63,921 nucleotides of DNA, filler included, from Octopus bimaculoides (GCF_001194135.2; 5 parts of 5 records of this genome joined end to end with filler, not necessarily neighbours in it); one strand, 5' to 3'. Counted from the whole stretch's first letter, positions 1-13,993 are shown. A program made the numbers and translations. The notes: generated by a model from the sequence alone, not told the origin.

Positions 1-43
<43 letters not shown>

Positions 44-366
44 CACATACACTCACACACGCACACAAACACACACACAAACACATACATATTTCGTTTT
101 TGTATTTGGTTTGCATGATTCTTTATGTGAATTAGTGTGTTGAAACACATTTTTTGTGTCTGGGGAGAGTCATTCTCTTTTAATGCCTTATTCTTAACAC
201 GCTCAATGCTTCAATTTCCACTCGTTTAATAATTTATTTTTTCTAAAATTTACGACGTGTCATGCAACCAATGGTCGTTCACTCTGTGCCTTGTCAGAGC
301 TGCGTCATACCGCAATACTCACTGTTTATATATACACAGGTAGAGTTGTTAGTCGGTTGTTATGTA

Positions 367-403
<37 letters not shown>

Positions 404-544
404 AGGTAAATAGATATGTAAGTAAACATATAGATACATAGATAGATATGTACAGAGGGAAATATGGACAGACAAGCACACGCACACATACACACATACA
501 CAAAAGGAGACTGAAACACATGACCATATACATACATGGCAGTT

Positions 545-940
545 CCGACTCCATTTCCCGACGTTGTTACCGTGTTAGCTATATCATAAGCATTTATAGT
601 ATGACAATTTGGCCGTAATTGATGCTTTTGATTGCGGTTTACATCTCCTTTGCTGGTATTTAGATGCGTACGTTCGCTAGATCCAGTCGGTGGGCTATTG
701 GAACTTCGTCGCATTTTACTATGGTTTATGCGGTGCATAGGCTGCTCTAAATTAGCAGAGTTAGCGTAGGATACCTTCACGGTGTGCCGATTAAAAATAG
801 CATGATATCGATCAGATTTAGGAAAACATATGACCAAAGCGGCAAAACCTTTTTCTAACGGTCTCACTGGTTGAAGCATACTAACCCAAAATTGGATTGA
901 ACCAGAGGACATTCTGATTCCTCTATCTGTTGTAAGGATT
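545..940 (-). mobile_element. Degenerate Penelope-like element (PLE) fragment, RT C-terminus/linker into GIY-YIG, Naiad/Chlamys-like
   Basis: Minus-strand translation across a frameshift gives RNQNVLWFNP, then CFPKSDRYHAIFNRHTVKVSY, then LRPNCHTINAYDIANTVTT. These resemble the recalled PLE motifs RNIIWFNPP / FPxxHxLHKIFNRNTVKVSYSC / CPLxGxCxxxxVVYxATVTT. Contains stops and frameshifts. Confidence 0.75.
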
Positions 941-1407
941 ATTTGATCAAGTGTGTTGTACAAAATTGGAACAATTTACACAAACACGCCCCCCCCACAC
1001 ACACACACACGAATACACACGCATACACACACACATGTTAATTATATTTATATATATCTTATTTACAATAGGCATAAGACCGGAAATGCGGGAAGGTACT
1101 TGTCGATGATACATGTGCGTATGGAAGTAGGTAGATTGGCTTGCTTTTATGTAATGTATGTACAAATTGTATTTTTCGGTTTCAAAGAAAAATTTTTTGT
1201 TTTCTAAAATAAGATCCAACAATTCAACTTGCGTGCCAAGAGACGAAGTTTACATTCTTCCTAATCCAATTTTATCTCAAAACACGGTTATCTAAGCTAG
1301 ACAGCAATTTTAACGCCAGTAAATGACTTCTGAATCCTATAGATAACTTATACTAATTCAAGATAGCAAATACACAAAACATATCATTAAGAAAGTATAT
1401 AATTTTT

Positions 1408-1833
1408 TCTACTCTAGGCACAAGGCCGAAATTTTTTGGGGAGGAGGCCAGTGGATTAGATCGACACCAGTACGCAACTGGTACTTAATTTATCCACACC
1501 GAAATGATGAAAGGTAAAGTCCACCTCGGCTGAATTTTAACTCAGACCGTAAAGACAGACGAAAACCCGCTAAGCATTTCGCCCGGCGTGCTAACGTTTC
1601 TTATTTCTTTACTGCCCACAAGGGGCTACACATAGAGGGGACAAACAAGGATAGACAAACGGGTTAAGTCGATTATATCGACTCCAGTGCGTAACTGGTA
1701 CTTATTTAATCGACTCCAAAAGGAAGAAAAGCGAAGTCGACCTCGGTGGACTTTGAACTCAGAACGTAGCAGCAGACGAAATACCGTTAAGCATTTCACC
1801 CGGCGTGCTAACGTTTCTGCCAGTTCGCTACCT
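1408..1833 (-). mobile_element. SINE family M (Meta-domain-like), head-to-tail dimer with two different tails
   Basis: Two consecutive units, each with the reverse complement of GTTCTGAGTTCAAATTCCGCCGAGGTCGACTTTGCCTTTCATCC..GGGGTCGATAAATTAAGTACCAG, joined at CGTGCTAACGTTTC|TTATTTCTTT (~1600). Assignment to the Meta-domain class is from recall. Confidence 0.85.
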
Positions 1834-3896
1834 CAAGAAAGCGTATAATAAAACAAAAATTAATAAATGCGGTAGTATTAGTTCACTTATAGGCAGATGA
1901 CGTAAGACGAACAGCCTTGTATACCAAAACGGCATTTTTACTCCCCTGAATTTCCAATGAACTAAACAGGAACCAACAACGGTAAAAAAGATAAAGATAA
2001 AAATTTATAGAGGTTAAAAGTTTTAGCTGATAATAAATCTTGTTATTTATGATTTCACCGTAGCAAAACACTCGCCTACAATCTATTGNNNNNNNNNNNN
2101 NNNNNNNNNNNNNNNNNNNNNNNNNNNNNNNNNNNNNNNNNNNNNNNNNNNNNNNNNNNNNNNNNNNNNNNNNNNNNNNNNNNNNNNNNNNNNNNNNNNN
2201 NNNNNNNNNNNNNNNNNNNNNNNNNNNNNNNNNNNNNNNNNNNNNNNNNNNNNNNNNNNNNNNNNNNNNNNNNNNNNNNNNTATATATATATATATTTCA
2301 TATATTTTATGCACAATTTTATAGACTAAATGCACAAAACTCTCCCTCTTTCTCTATCACTCTTCACCTGACCCTCTTTTTCTCTTTCCTTTTTCGTTCG
2401 CTCTTCACCTTGTCCTTCAACTAATTACATGAAAGCGTTACATGCGGGCTAAGTAACTGAGGAAAACTCAGTTAAAAAAAAAATTACACATTTCACACAG
2501 CATCACCTCTCCCTCTCCTCCTCCTTCAACTAATCGGGTGCAAGCGTTACGGACGGGCTAAATAACGGAGTGACAAGCAGAATTATTATAAGAGTATAAA
2601 ATCATAAAACAAAACATGCAAATTGTTAATAGCGTTTCAGTTTAAAGGGCTATATACAGCACTGTCACCGTTTTATGGAATAAATTGATGCTCTTTTATC
2701 GATTTACTTTCTTAAAATACTTTGCAATTAAAATGAAGTGCTTAGTAATTCTCTTTCAATTCTTGCTTCTTTCTTTTCACGAGGTCACCACTGTGTTATA
2801 TATAACTAAACATTTTCACCACTTTATTGCGAATGCTGTTTTATTAACTTAACATGATATTACAGCCAATCACATGTCAAGGTGATCCAAGCTATGTTAC
2901 TTTATTATCACCATTCCTGCAATACATTCTAATCTGCAGCTGCGCTTTCAGTTTAACATAAATTACAACTGTATTTTAAGCGAAGATTTTTACTGATATA
3001 TTTATTTTACTAGCTTTTATAGATCTCTGACAATATTTGCCACCATCAACCTGTTCAGTGGTTAGCTTAGGACCTCTGACAAAGATTGAAAGCTAGTAGG
3101 TTCTATATATATATATATATTAATATGTCGGGACGAGCTTTCTCTTTGACTTCAAAAGTATAAGGCTTTAACCAGCTAAGTTCTAATCTCTTCGGGCTAG
3201 AGTTGATTTACAACTTCAAAAGACTTTACCTTGGAAGTTTTAACAAGCGCTAATTATATCTAGAAGTGAAAGACACTCTTGCACAATTGGCTAAACGCTG
3301 TGATTAATTTAGTGTGATAAATAGTATTGCAATAGAAATGCGAAGGGAAATTTTGAACAAACTCCAAATGAATAAACGTCGTGTTACTGGAGGAAACACA
3401 AGAAACAATTGAAACCTGGATCAGGAAGTAAGCATGACTTGCATAAATCTGTAGCCAACTGGCAAGAAGTTGAGAAGTGTATGATAGATCAGCTAGCTAA
3501 AGAGACAAATTTAATTTGTATAGAGTCAATAAAAACAATTTTATTATGGAATCCAATCTCAAGGAAGTTGTACGAAATATGGATAAGTTTTGTATAATTT
3601 CAAGTTGGCACAATCAATATGACGAAACCTGTACTGGCGTTGAGAATGAAAATATGATTAGCACAGCACATGCAAGGTTGTGAGGACAAAATAATCTCAT
3701 AGATTTGCGGTCTGTGCAAGAAAAACGACTGACTACAAACTTGGTCAGATCGGAAAAAGGGACAGGCCGCCAATAAAGTCTGTTACAAAGTCAAATATGT
3801 CTATTGTTTCACACACACACGCGCACACGCGCACGCACGCACAAACACACACACACACACATTTAATATATATATATATATATATAAAATATTTAT

Positions 3897-4190
3897 GTGG
3901 AGGCGCGTGGCTTAGTGGTTAGGGTGTCAGCATCGTGATCGTAAGATTGTGGTTTCGATTCCTGGACCGAGCGACGCGTTGTGTTCTTGAGCAAAACACT
4001 TCATTTCACTTTTACTCCAGTCCACTCAGCTGGCAAAAATGAGTAACGCTTCGATGGACTGGCGTCCTATCCAGCTGGGGTGCATATACGCCATAGAAAC
4101 CAGGAAACCGGGCCCATGAGCCATAGAAACCAGGAAACCGGACCCATGTACCTGGCTATGCTTTAAAAGGGCGCATTTATTATTTATTTT
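3897..4190 (+). mobile_element. Full-length tRNA-derived SINE (family V; V/CORE-like centre) with 13-bp TSD
   Basis: A-box-like GGCTTAGTGG and B-box-like GGTTTCGATTCC; centre CTCCAGTCCACTCAGCTGG and GATGGACTGGCGTCC; (TTAT)-like tail; TSD ATAAAATATTTAT at 3884-3896 and 4191-4203; internal 30-bp duplication at 4090-4149. Confidence 0.85.
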
Positions 4191-4211
4191 ATAAAATATT
4201 TATACATATAA

Positions 4212-4575
4212 AGGTGCACGCGTGACTGAGGCGTAAGAGGTTTGCTTCCCAACCACATGGTTCTGGGTTCAGTCCCACTGCGTAGTATCTTGGGTAACAG
4301 TCATTTACAACAACAGGTTTGGGCCGACCAAGGCTTGGGCCGACCAAGGCTTGGGCCGACCAAAGCCTTCTTAGTGTATTCAGTAGAAGGAAACTGAAAG
4401 ACGCATGTCGTATATATATGTATGTTTGTGTTTGTGAGTGAGTGTGGGTGAGTGACAGTGCGTTCTTGTCTCTGTGTGTATCTGTTTACCCTCCACGAGT
4501 GATGGCTAATTTACGTCCCAATAAACTAGCGGTTCGGCCTAATGAACTGATAGAATAAGTACCAATCTTGAAAAA
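4212..4575 (+). mobile_element. SINE family C (CORE-like), old copy with a 16-bp triplication
   Basis: TTGCTTCCCAACCACATGGTTCTGGGTTCAGTCCCACTGCGT head; TTGGGCCGACCAAGGC x3 at ~4319-4368; tail TAGCGGTTCGGC..GATAGAATAAGTACC. Confidence 0.75.
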
Positions 4576-5056
4576 ACACAGTAGATGCACGTAAAAAATA
4601 TACACATACATCCATACATATATATATATATATGCATGTATTTAATAGACGTTAGAGATGTGTAATTATTCCGGCGTCTCGAAATTTTTCTCTAAAATAC
4701 TCTGTCTTAATGTAGTATAATGATTTTGTCACAATCAAGTTTTTATTTTATAAAAGTTTTTTTTTTTCTTTTTTCTTCTAAGAAAAATTTTTGAATGATC
4801 GTTATTTTTTCAATAACGGTTTTCACTTTACATATATATAGATATATGTGTGTGTGTCTGCTTGTATTTATATNNNNNNNNNNNNNNNNNNNNNNNNNNN
4901 NNNNNNNNNNNNNNNNNNNNNNNNNNNNNNNNNNNNNNNNNNNNNNNNNNNNNNNNNNNNNNNNNNNNNNNNNNNNNNNNNNNNNNNNNNNNNNNNNNNN
5001 NNNNNNNNNNNNNNNNNNNNNNNNNNNNNNNNNNNNNNNNNNNNNNNNNNNNNNNN

Positions 5057-5102
<46 letters not shown>

Positions 5103-5727
5103 GACAGATAGATAAATAGGTAGCTAGATAAACATGCATATACATAGAGCTATCACACACCCACACATATACATATATAAGTAAAGCTATGTATGTATGT
5201 ATGTATGTATGTATGCATGTATGTATGAAGGAATTCTGTTTTGCATTTATCTTTTACATCTATATTAGGCGTTTATCGAATCTCTACGAGTTTTTAACAA
5301 TAATACATACATCATACTATATTTTTTTTCTTAAACATGGTTTAAAGCAGCCGGAAATTCAAAGTGAGACACTCCTTCCAACTAAATTGTTCTTTGCAAC
5401 TTTGGAATTTGCCTTCACGTCTTTGTGAACATCCTTTTTTTCTCTCGCTCAGACTTTGTCGGTTTTCTTCCTTCTTTCTTCGTTCTACAACAATTTCTTC
5501 AACTCGTGCTCACTAGTCCCGAAAAGATTCTGATTATTGATTGACTCTGTAGACATACTTATATACTTATACATTTATAGATAGATACACATGCATACAT
5601 ATATATATATACACACACACACATAGCCAGACGCACACACACAACACACACACAAACAGATACACATATATATTGATATAAAGATCTATCTATCTATAGA
5701 TATGTAATCTATCTATCTATCTATCTA

Positions 5728-5790
<63 letters not shown>

Positions 5791-6467
5791 NNNNNNNNNN
5801 NNNNNNNNNNNNNNNNNNNNNNNNNNNNNNNNNNNNNNNNNNNNNNNNNNNNNNNNNNNNNNNNNNNNNNNNNNNNNNNNNNNNNNNNNNNNNNNNNNNN
5901 NNNNNNNNNNNNNNNNNNNNNNNNNACGTACATACATGAATATGTGCATATTAGTTGTTGACTCTGTGGACTGTTATTAATCTGGTGTGACGAATGGAAG
6001 AAAAGACACAGGGATGCATGAAAATAGTGTCTGGTAGCTCTGAACTTAATACTGTAAAACACTTCTCTCTTCTCTCTAGTATGTCATTGATACCTATTTC
6101 ATCTAAACTGTAAGCCTTATGACAACTGTAAACCGAATGTGCATCGCAATATATTTTCTTTTGAGCAATTTAACCAATTCTCATCCATTGCATCGTTGAA
6201 GACCTTCAGAAAGTCATTAACGACAGTGCAACACGTTTCCTACGATACAAATCTGAGAGTTTGCAAAAACAAAACATATGCGTTAAGTATATTGAAAGTA
6301 ACCTCTTAGTAATGTAGGAAAAGAGAAAACACGCAGTGAATTCATATGCATAGCTATGTGGTTAAATATTTCGTTTACCAAATGCATATATTACTTATGC
6401 AAATGGTTGTTTTGTTTTTTTTTTTCTTGCCAAATACTCGTATGTAGAATACGTCGGTTGAAAATAT

Positions 6468-6612
6468 TTGCAGAAATGCTGCACGCTTAGAAATGCTTAG
6501 CAGTATTTCGTCTATCTTTACTGTTCTGAGTTCAAATTCCGCCAAGGTCGACTTTGCCTTTCATCGTTTCGGGGTCGATAAATTAAGTACCGGTTACGCA
6601 CTGGGGGTCAAT
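6468..6612 (+). mobile_element. SINE family M, partial copy
   Basis: AAATGCTTAGCAGTATTTCGTC..TTCTGAGTTCAAATTCCGCCAAGGTCGACTTTGCCTTTCATCGTTTCGGGGTCGATAAATTAAGTACC matches the other copies in the window. Confidence 0.8.
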
Positions 6613-8535
6613 GTTTGTACTCATTCTCAGTTTTGATACAATACTTTCGTTTCTTCATAGAAGTATTACAATAGACTGAACCACCTTCGATTCATCAATG
6701 GTACGTCATAAAATTGGGAGTAGTGTAATACTCTAAAAACTTACTATATCTAATGGCGATCTTCAGTATCCTGACTTTAAAAATCGTGCAGTCTATATTC
6801 CGGGTTCCATAAAACACCGATAGGGAGAATCAATATGCTATCCAATACGATATTTATTATTGTCTCATTATTTTCTGAGTTCAAATAATACTTAGGTCAA
6901 CTTTATCATTCATCCTTCCGACGCCAATAAAATAAATCGTTAGCCAAAATCTCGGGGAGGGAATTTCATTGCCTATACACTCACCAACGATTTCTGTGTT
7001 TGTGTCAATGAGATAAATCAAAAATATACTAAGACTATTTCTATAGAACATCGTTGTTTTCTAAACTCAAGTAACTACACGGCAGTTATTCTTGTTTCAT
7101 ACACAGAAACACACACAGTTACGCACACACACACACACACGCATACAAACATACACATACTAACATACACATACAAACACATACATACTAACACACATAC
7201 AAACACACACTCATGCACACATCTAAGTGTGAGTGAGTGTATGTTTGTGTATGTATATATGAATGTATATATANNNNNNNNNNNNNNNNNNNNNNNNNNN
7301 NNNNNNNNNNNNNNNNNNNNNNNNNNNNNNNNNNNNTATATATATGTATATATATATATATATATGTATGTGTATACCTATGTATCTATCTATACGTCTA
7401 TATAACTCAATCTATCTACATATCTGTCTGCCTATATGTCTGTCTGCCTATGTATCTGTCTGCCTATATGTCTGTCTGTCTATGTATATACACACATACA
7501 TACTCACACATACACCACACACAAACACAATACAAATAAGTTCTGAGTTTCGCTTAGGCAGAGGTAATATCGATTACCAGTTGTTAGAACAGATTATACT
7601 TATGCTGTAAACAATCGGGTGAGTACAAATAATAATATTAATTAATGAATGACAACAAAAGAACATGATTTAGGCTATCATTTTAATTAGCATACAGACG
7701 TTTCTGGTGTAATGGTCTCGCAATCAAATCAGAGCGGTCGTGGGACATGGTATAGCTTCATCAGAGTCATTTAAACGCAGTGTATGTTTATTGTGGAAAG
7801 CCTTAAATACATAGAATTGGCTTCTTGTAGAACCATGTAGAATATAATACGCTTTGGGGGATTTGAGGGTGAAAACCGTGGCCAGAGAATTAATACGTGT
7901 CCTTATATCTGCATACATTAATTCAGAAAAGCATACAGGTACAAATATATGTATTTGAGAATATTTAGATACATACACATATATGTATAGACACATATAT
8001 ACACAGGCATACACATATTATTGTCCCCACATATTATTATGTCCCCACATATTATTCACACATACACACACGCATAAACACACGTATATATACATACGTA
8101 CAAACAAATATACATACAAACATTCATCAATACCGATTTCTAGACACACAATGTTACAGAAGTTAGACACTTGGATATATACACAACTAGATCAACCCTG
8201 ACAGATATGAAATTTGAGAAACAGATAAAACAGTGGGCATATACGTAAAAGATAATCCTAGATTTATAGATTTATTAATCCATACAGATAGTATATTAGT
8301 TTTCTGCTGACGGTATTTTGTAGTTACTGAAATAATTTAGAAGAAATTTTAAAACCAAAAGTAAATAAAGAAGCGAGATACATTTCATTGGGTGTACAGA
8401 TTATTTGCTACAAGAATCATAAATGTGTCAACATTCACTTGTATTAAGGTCCCGAGGAATGAACAAGAAAGATGTCACACAAGTTCGTAGCACTGAGTAC
8501 AAACTTCATATAGCAGAAACTCCTGTAAGTCAATA

Positions 8536-8771
8536 GGCGGCGAGCTGGCAGAAACGTTAGCAAGCCGGGCGAAATGCTTAGCGGTATTTCGTCTGCCGTT
8601 ACGTTCTGAGGTCAAATTCCGCCGAGTTCGACTTTGCTTTCATCCTTTCGGGGTCGATAAATTAAGTACCAGTTACGTACTGGGGTCGATGTAATCCACT
8701 TAATCCCTCTGTCTGTCTTTGTTTGTCCCCACTATGTTTAGCCCTTAGTGGGCAATGAAGAAATAAGAAAC
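8536..8771 (+). mobile_element. SINE family M, near full-length young copy
   Basis: Runs from GGCGGCGAGCTGGCAGAAACGTTAGC to GTGGGCAATGAAGAAATAAGAAAC; nearly all CpGs retained; ends with the first bases (GAAAC) of a next unit. Confidence 0.9.
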
Positions 8772-9391
8772 CTCTGTAAGTGAATAAAAGTTCGGTGGAT
8801 ACTCGCCGTTGTTCAAAAAACTGAATTAACGCGTAAGTAGCTGAGCATTCCACAAAGATGTGTGCACGTAACGTACTCCACAAGTAGAATGAGTGCCAGT
8901 GCGTGACAATTTTACACTTAATATTAAAATACACGCAATAAGTATTTGAACTCTTTCCATCAATCTCGCTAACTCATAATACTTAGTTTGATAGGAGTTA
9001 ATACAAAATGGGATTTGCACATGAAGCAGTCGGACCATACTCTGTACATATGCATGTATGTCTTCTTTTTCTTCTTTTGATTTAGAGTAAATCTGGAGTG
9101 GCCACCGATTTGCTGGAATGTTTCTTGGTATAACCATCATCTTAAGATGGTCTCGCAGCTTTTTGAAGAGCCAGACATCGTGACCATTTGTGATTTATCC
9201 AGTAAGTATTTGCATTCTCTTCGCAAAATTCCATGTTAGGCCATACTTGGCTCGTATGTATGTATTGTATGTATATATGTATGTGTATATGTATATATGT
9301 ATGTGTGTATGTATGTACGTATGTACGTACGTATGTATGCATGTATATTTCAAAACAAGCACCTTTATCATTTGGACATTTCATCCTACTT

Positions 9392-9423
<32 letters not shown>

Positions 9424-10090
9424 NNNNNNNNNNNNNNNNNNNNNNNNNNNNNNNNNNNNNNNNNNNNNNNNNNNNNNNNNNNNNNNNNNNNNNNNNNNNN
9501 NNNNNNNNNNNNNNNNNNNNNNNNNNNNNNNNNNNNNNNNNNNNNNNNNNNNNNNNNNNNNNNNNNNNNNNNNNNNNNNNNNNNNNNNNNNNNNNNNNNN
9601 NNNNNNNNNNNNNNNNNNNNNNNNNNNNNNNNNNNNNNNNNNNNNNNNNNNNNNNNNNNNNNNNNNNNNNNNNNNNNNNNNNNNNNNNNNNNNNNNNNNN
9701 NNNNNNNNNNNNNNNNNNNNNNNNNNNNNNNNNNNNNNNNNNNNNNNNNNNNNNNNNNNNNNNNNNNNNNNNNNNNNNNNNNNNNNNNNNNNNNNNNNNN
9801 NNNNNNNNNNNNNNNNNNNNNNNNNNNNNNNNNNNNNNNNNNNNNNNNNNNNNNNNNNNNNNNNNNNNNNNNNNNNNNNNNNNNNNNNNNNNNNNNNNNN
9901 NNNNNNNNNNNNNNNNNNNNNNNNNNNNNNNNNNNNNNNNNNNNNNNNNNNNNNNNNNNNNNNNNNNNNNNNNNNNNNNNNNNNNNNNNNNNNNNNNNNN
10001 NNNNNNNNNNNNNNNNNNNNNNNNNNNNNNNNNNNNNNNNNNNNNNNNNNNNNNNNNNNNNNNNNNNNNNNNNNNNNNNNNNNNNNNNNN

Positions 10091-10132
<42 letters not shown>

Positions 10133-10577
10133 TATTTGATTGAACTGTGCGTCACCGATGTTTTGTGAAGGAGAGTAAAATCACGTGAATTCTGTTTATT
10201 GACCTACATTCAACATCACATGAGAATATCTCAGTAACATTCATTGAAATGTAATTTACAATCTTCTCTCTTTTCTCAATGTCTACATGCCTGAGTGTCT
10301 GTCTACTTTTCCAACCGCCTCCTCCGTCTCTCTTTCTCCTTTCCTATTGCTCTTTCTCTTCGCCTTTCCCTTTCTCCTTCGTTCGTCTCTTAATTCGTTC
10401 TTCTTGTTTCTTTATTCTGGAACGTTATTTAGATAAGTGTCCACGTATTTTTTTTTATATTCAACTTATATGAGTGTGCGTGTGTGGTTGCAGAGAATGG
10501 TGGAGGGCGGAGGAAAGAGAAGGCCAAAGACACACACACACACACACACACATACACACATACACACATACATACAC

Positions 10578-10613
<36 letters not shown>

Positions 10614-10713
10614 NNNNNNNNNNNNNNNNNNNNNNNNNNNNNNNNNNNNNNNNNNNNTTAATTAATTAANNNNNNNNNNNNNNNNNNNNNNNNNNNNNNN
10701 NNNNNNNNNNNNN
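10614..10713. other. Artificial 100-bp scaffolding linker (44N-TTAATTAATTAA-44N)
   Basis: TTAATTAATTAA at 10658-10669 (stop codons in all six frames) flanked by exactly 44 N on each side; same structure at three other sites. Confidence 0.95.
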
Positions 10714-10768
<55 letters not shown>

Positions 10769-10769
10769 G

Positions 10770-10930
10770 ATGAGTCTCGTTCTGTTTACGTCCATCATAT
10801 CTCCTCACAAGGCTTTGATCAGCCTGAGACTATAGTAGAAGGTACTTGCCCAAAGTGCCAAGCTATGGGACTGAAACCGGTACCATGTGGTTGGGAAGCA
10901 AGCATCTTACCACACAGCCATGGCTACACC
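10770..10930 (-). mobile_element. SINE family C, 5' part
   Basis: CACAAGGCTTTGATCAGCCTGAGACTATAGTAGAAGGTACTTGCCCAAAGTGCC..CATGTGGTTGGGAAGCAAGCATCTTACCACACAGCCA. Confidence 0.8.
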
Positions 10931-11367
10931 TATGTAAGAGAATGTAGAATTGTCTTGCTTTAAATATAGAAGTGATTTCTAAAAGTTGACGTAACAAACC
11001 TCATCAATTGGTTGAGTCTAAAGAAACAAGTGAGGCGTGAAATAGAGACAAATAAACATGACATAACAAAAATACGGAAAAATATAAAGAAACATAGAAA
11101 TAAGAATAAGAATAATATGAAAGAAAAAACACAAAAACACCTAAGAATGTATAGACATTTACGTACTACAGCACAAATATACATATAAATACATACGCGT
11201 GTGTGTGTGTATGCATGTGAATGTATATAAATGTACATACATGAATGTATATGTATATATGGATACAGGGACACTTCCAAACATACAAATATATATATAT
11301 ATATATGAATATATATATATGAATATATATATATATGAATATATATATATATGAATATATATATATA

Positions 11368-11455
<88 letters not shown>

Positions 11456-11553
11456 CACACACACACACAGAGGCACACACACACACAGGCACACACACAC
11501 ACACACACCCATGCACAACACAAACGCTTACACACACACACACACACACAGAA

Positions 11554-11830
11554 CTGTCTATTTGAGTATATGTGTATATGTATATGTGTGTTTATGCGTG
11601 TGTGTGTTTGTGGGTATGTGTATATGTATGCATGTGTGCTTGTGTGTGTGCATGTGTATATGTATGTATATGTATGTATACACATACACAGATCTGTCTA
11701 TTTGAGTATATGTGTATATGTATATGTGTGTTTATGCGTGTGTGTGTTTGTGTGTATGTGTATATGCATGTATGTGTGCTTGTGTGTATGTGTATATGCA
11801 TATACATGTGTATGTGTGTATATGTATATG
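11554..11830. repeat. ~140-bp higher-order duplication built from TG/TA microsatellite
   Basis: CTGTCTATTTGAGTATATGTGTATATGTATATGTGTGTTTATGCGTGTGTGTGTTTGTG starts at both 11554 and 11694. Confidence 0.75.
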
Positions 11831-13292
11831 TATGTACATGTATGTATATATGTGTGTGTGTTTGTGTGTTTGTGTGTATGTATGTATATTTGTGTTTGTG
11901 TGTATGTGTATATGCATATACATGTATGTGTATGTGTATATGTATGCATATGTGTGTGTGTGTGTTTGTGTGTATGTGTATATGCATATACATGTGTGTG
12001 TGTATGTGTTTATGTAAGTATATCTATGTATATGTGTGTTNNNNNNNNNNNNNNNNNNNNNNNNNNNNNNNNNNNNNNNNNNNNNNNNNNNNNNNNNNNN
12101 NNNNNNNNNNNNNNNNNNNNNNNNNNNNNNNNNNNNNNNNNNNNNNNNNNNNNNNNNNNNNNNNNNNNNNNNNNNNNNNNNNNNNNNNNNNNNNNNNNNN
12201 NNNNNNNNNNNNNNNNNNNNNNNNNTGTATATATGTGTGTGTGTTTGTGTGTTTGTGTGTATGTATGTATATTTGTGTTTGTGTGTATGTGTATATGCAT
12301 ATACATGTATGTGTATGTGTATATGTATGCATATGTGTGTGTGTGTGTTTGTGTGTATGTGTATATGCATATACATGTGTGTGTGTATGTGTTTATGTAA
12401 GTATATCTATGTATATGTGTGTTCGTGTGTGTGTGTATTTGGATATGTATGCATATGGGTGTTTGGGTGTATGTGTATGTGCACATGCATATATGTGTGT
12501 GTATGTGCATGCATATATGTGCGTTACTCTCTGTGTGTGTGTGTGTGTATACGAAAGTGGTCTGTTACATCGATTCACAAACATCCAACGCTGTATACAT
12601 CGTCTACGATTCACTTTATTTTTCTCTGTTTACTATTTATGGCAAAAAACTACAGAATTTAGGAAGCGTTCGTCTCAACATCAGTTACCATGGAAATGTA
12701 ACCTTGCCAAAATTGATCTAACAGCTCCAAATATCAATTCTTTGTTCTGCTCAATTTAATATAGTTCTCTATATCCGCAGATGAGGTAACGGTTTTGTTT
12801 CATTCCTTCGTTTGCATATTTATTTATTTATTCGTTCGTTCATTTATTTTACATAATTGTTTATGTTATTTCATTATTTTATTCGTTGATTAGTATTCGT
12901 TATTGTCATTATCATTCATAAGGTTGTTGTTTTTGTTCTTTACTTTAATTTGTGTGTGTGTGTGTGTGTTTGTTCCAGGGCTTGGATAAATCAATAACTC
13001 GGTATTTCTTTTTTATATCTTTATATTTAAATCTGTATTTTTTTTTTTAAATACTGTTATCTTATTGTTCCACTTTCATCACATTCTCATCCTTCTTTTC
13101 CTTTGTCCTTTTCCTCTCTGCCTTCTCCTCATCTTCATCTTTCTCATCCTCTTCTTCTTCTTCTTCTTCTTCTTCTTCTTCTTCTTCTTCTTCTTCTTCT
13201 TCTTCTTCTTCTTCTTCTTCTTCTTCTTCTTCTCTATTGTTACTACNNNNNNNNNNTTGTTACTACTTAAATTGTATATATATGTATGTATG

Positions 13293-13345
<53 letters not shown>

Positions 13346-13384
13346 GTACGTATGTATATATTTGTGTGTGTGTTTTTGTGTCTG

Positions 13385-13590
13385 TATTTGTTCCCTCCAC
13401 CATTGCTTGACAACCAGTGATGGTATGTTTATGTCCCATATAACTTAGTGGTTTGGCAAAAGAGACCGATAGAATAAGTACCAGGCTTACAAAGATTAAG
13501 TCCTGGGGTCAATTTCTTTGACTAAAACCCTTCAAGGTGGTGCTCCAGCATGGCCGCAGTCAAATGAGTGAAAAAAAATGAAAGAATAAA
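13385..13590 (+). mobile_element. SINE family C, 3' part, strongly CpG-decayed
   Basis: CATTGCTTGACAACCAGTG..TTAGTGGTTTGGC..GGGGTCAATTTC..GGTGGTGCTCCAGCATGGCCGCAGTCAAATGA, compared with CpG-containing versions at 30578 and 39495. Confidence 0.85.
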
Positions 13591-13939
13591 AAATGAAAAT
13601 AATTAAAAGTATGATGACTCCATCAAGCAAGATGACTCCAAGATCCACTCGACTCTGCCTGATTCTCCATGACTCACCCGCTCATACCTTTTCTACAATG
13701 TCCCATCTATTAAATGCATGGCACTAAACTATATTACTTGCTTTGGTTTTTTTTTACCTTAACCCACTTTGCCCAGAAACAGCCCTCTTTGCCTCATTTC
13801 TTTGCCTATATTTTGCCCAAAACACATCATCAACCCAGAGAAGTTCAAGTTCAAACTCTGACCACGATGATCTCATCAGACATGGGTCAAACCAAATAGG
13901 TCAGCCTCATTGTTGTTAGACAAAACAGCTTTCAATAAC

Positions 13940-13961
13940 CATGTTATTTTCATCATTACTG

Positions 13962-13993
<32 letters not shown>

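Noticed and set aside
2413-2570. Two ~49-bp similar segments (TCCTTCAACTAAT..AAGCGTTAC..CGGGCTAA) 109 bp apart
   Set aside because: Probably remnants of a dispersed repeat next to a gap; too little sequence to classify or to claim a function.
5340-5520. Lys/Glu-rich minus-strand frame (VEEIVVERRKKEENRQSLSERKK..)
   Set aside because: Explained by a T/C-rich plus strand; no convincing splice-site pair and no recognised homology.
11843-12423. ~198-bp identical duplication around a gap
   Set aside because: Copies directly flank the N run, so this is most likely an assembly overlap.
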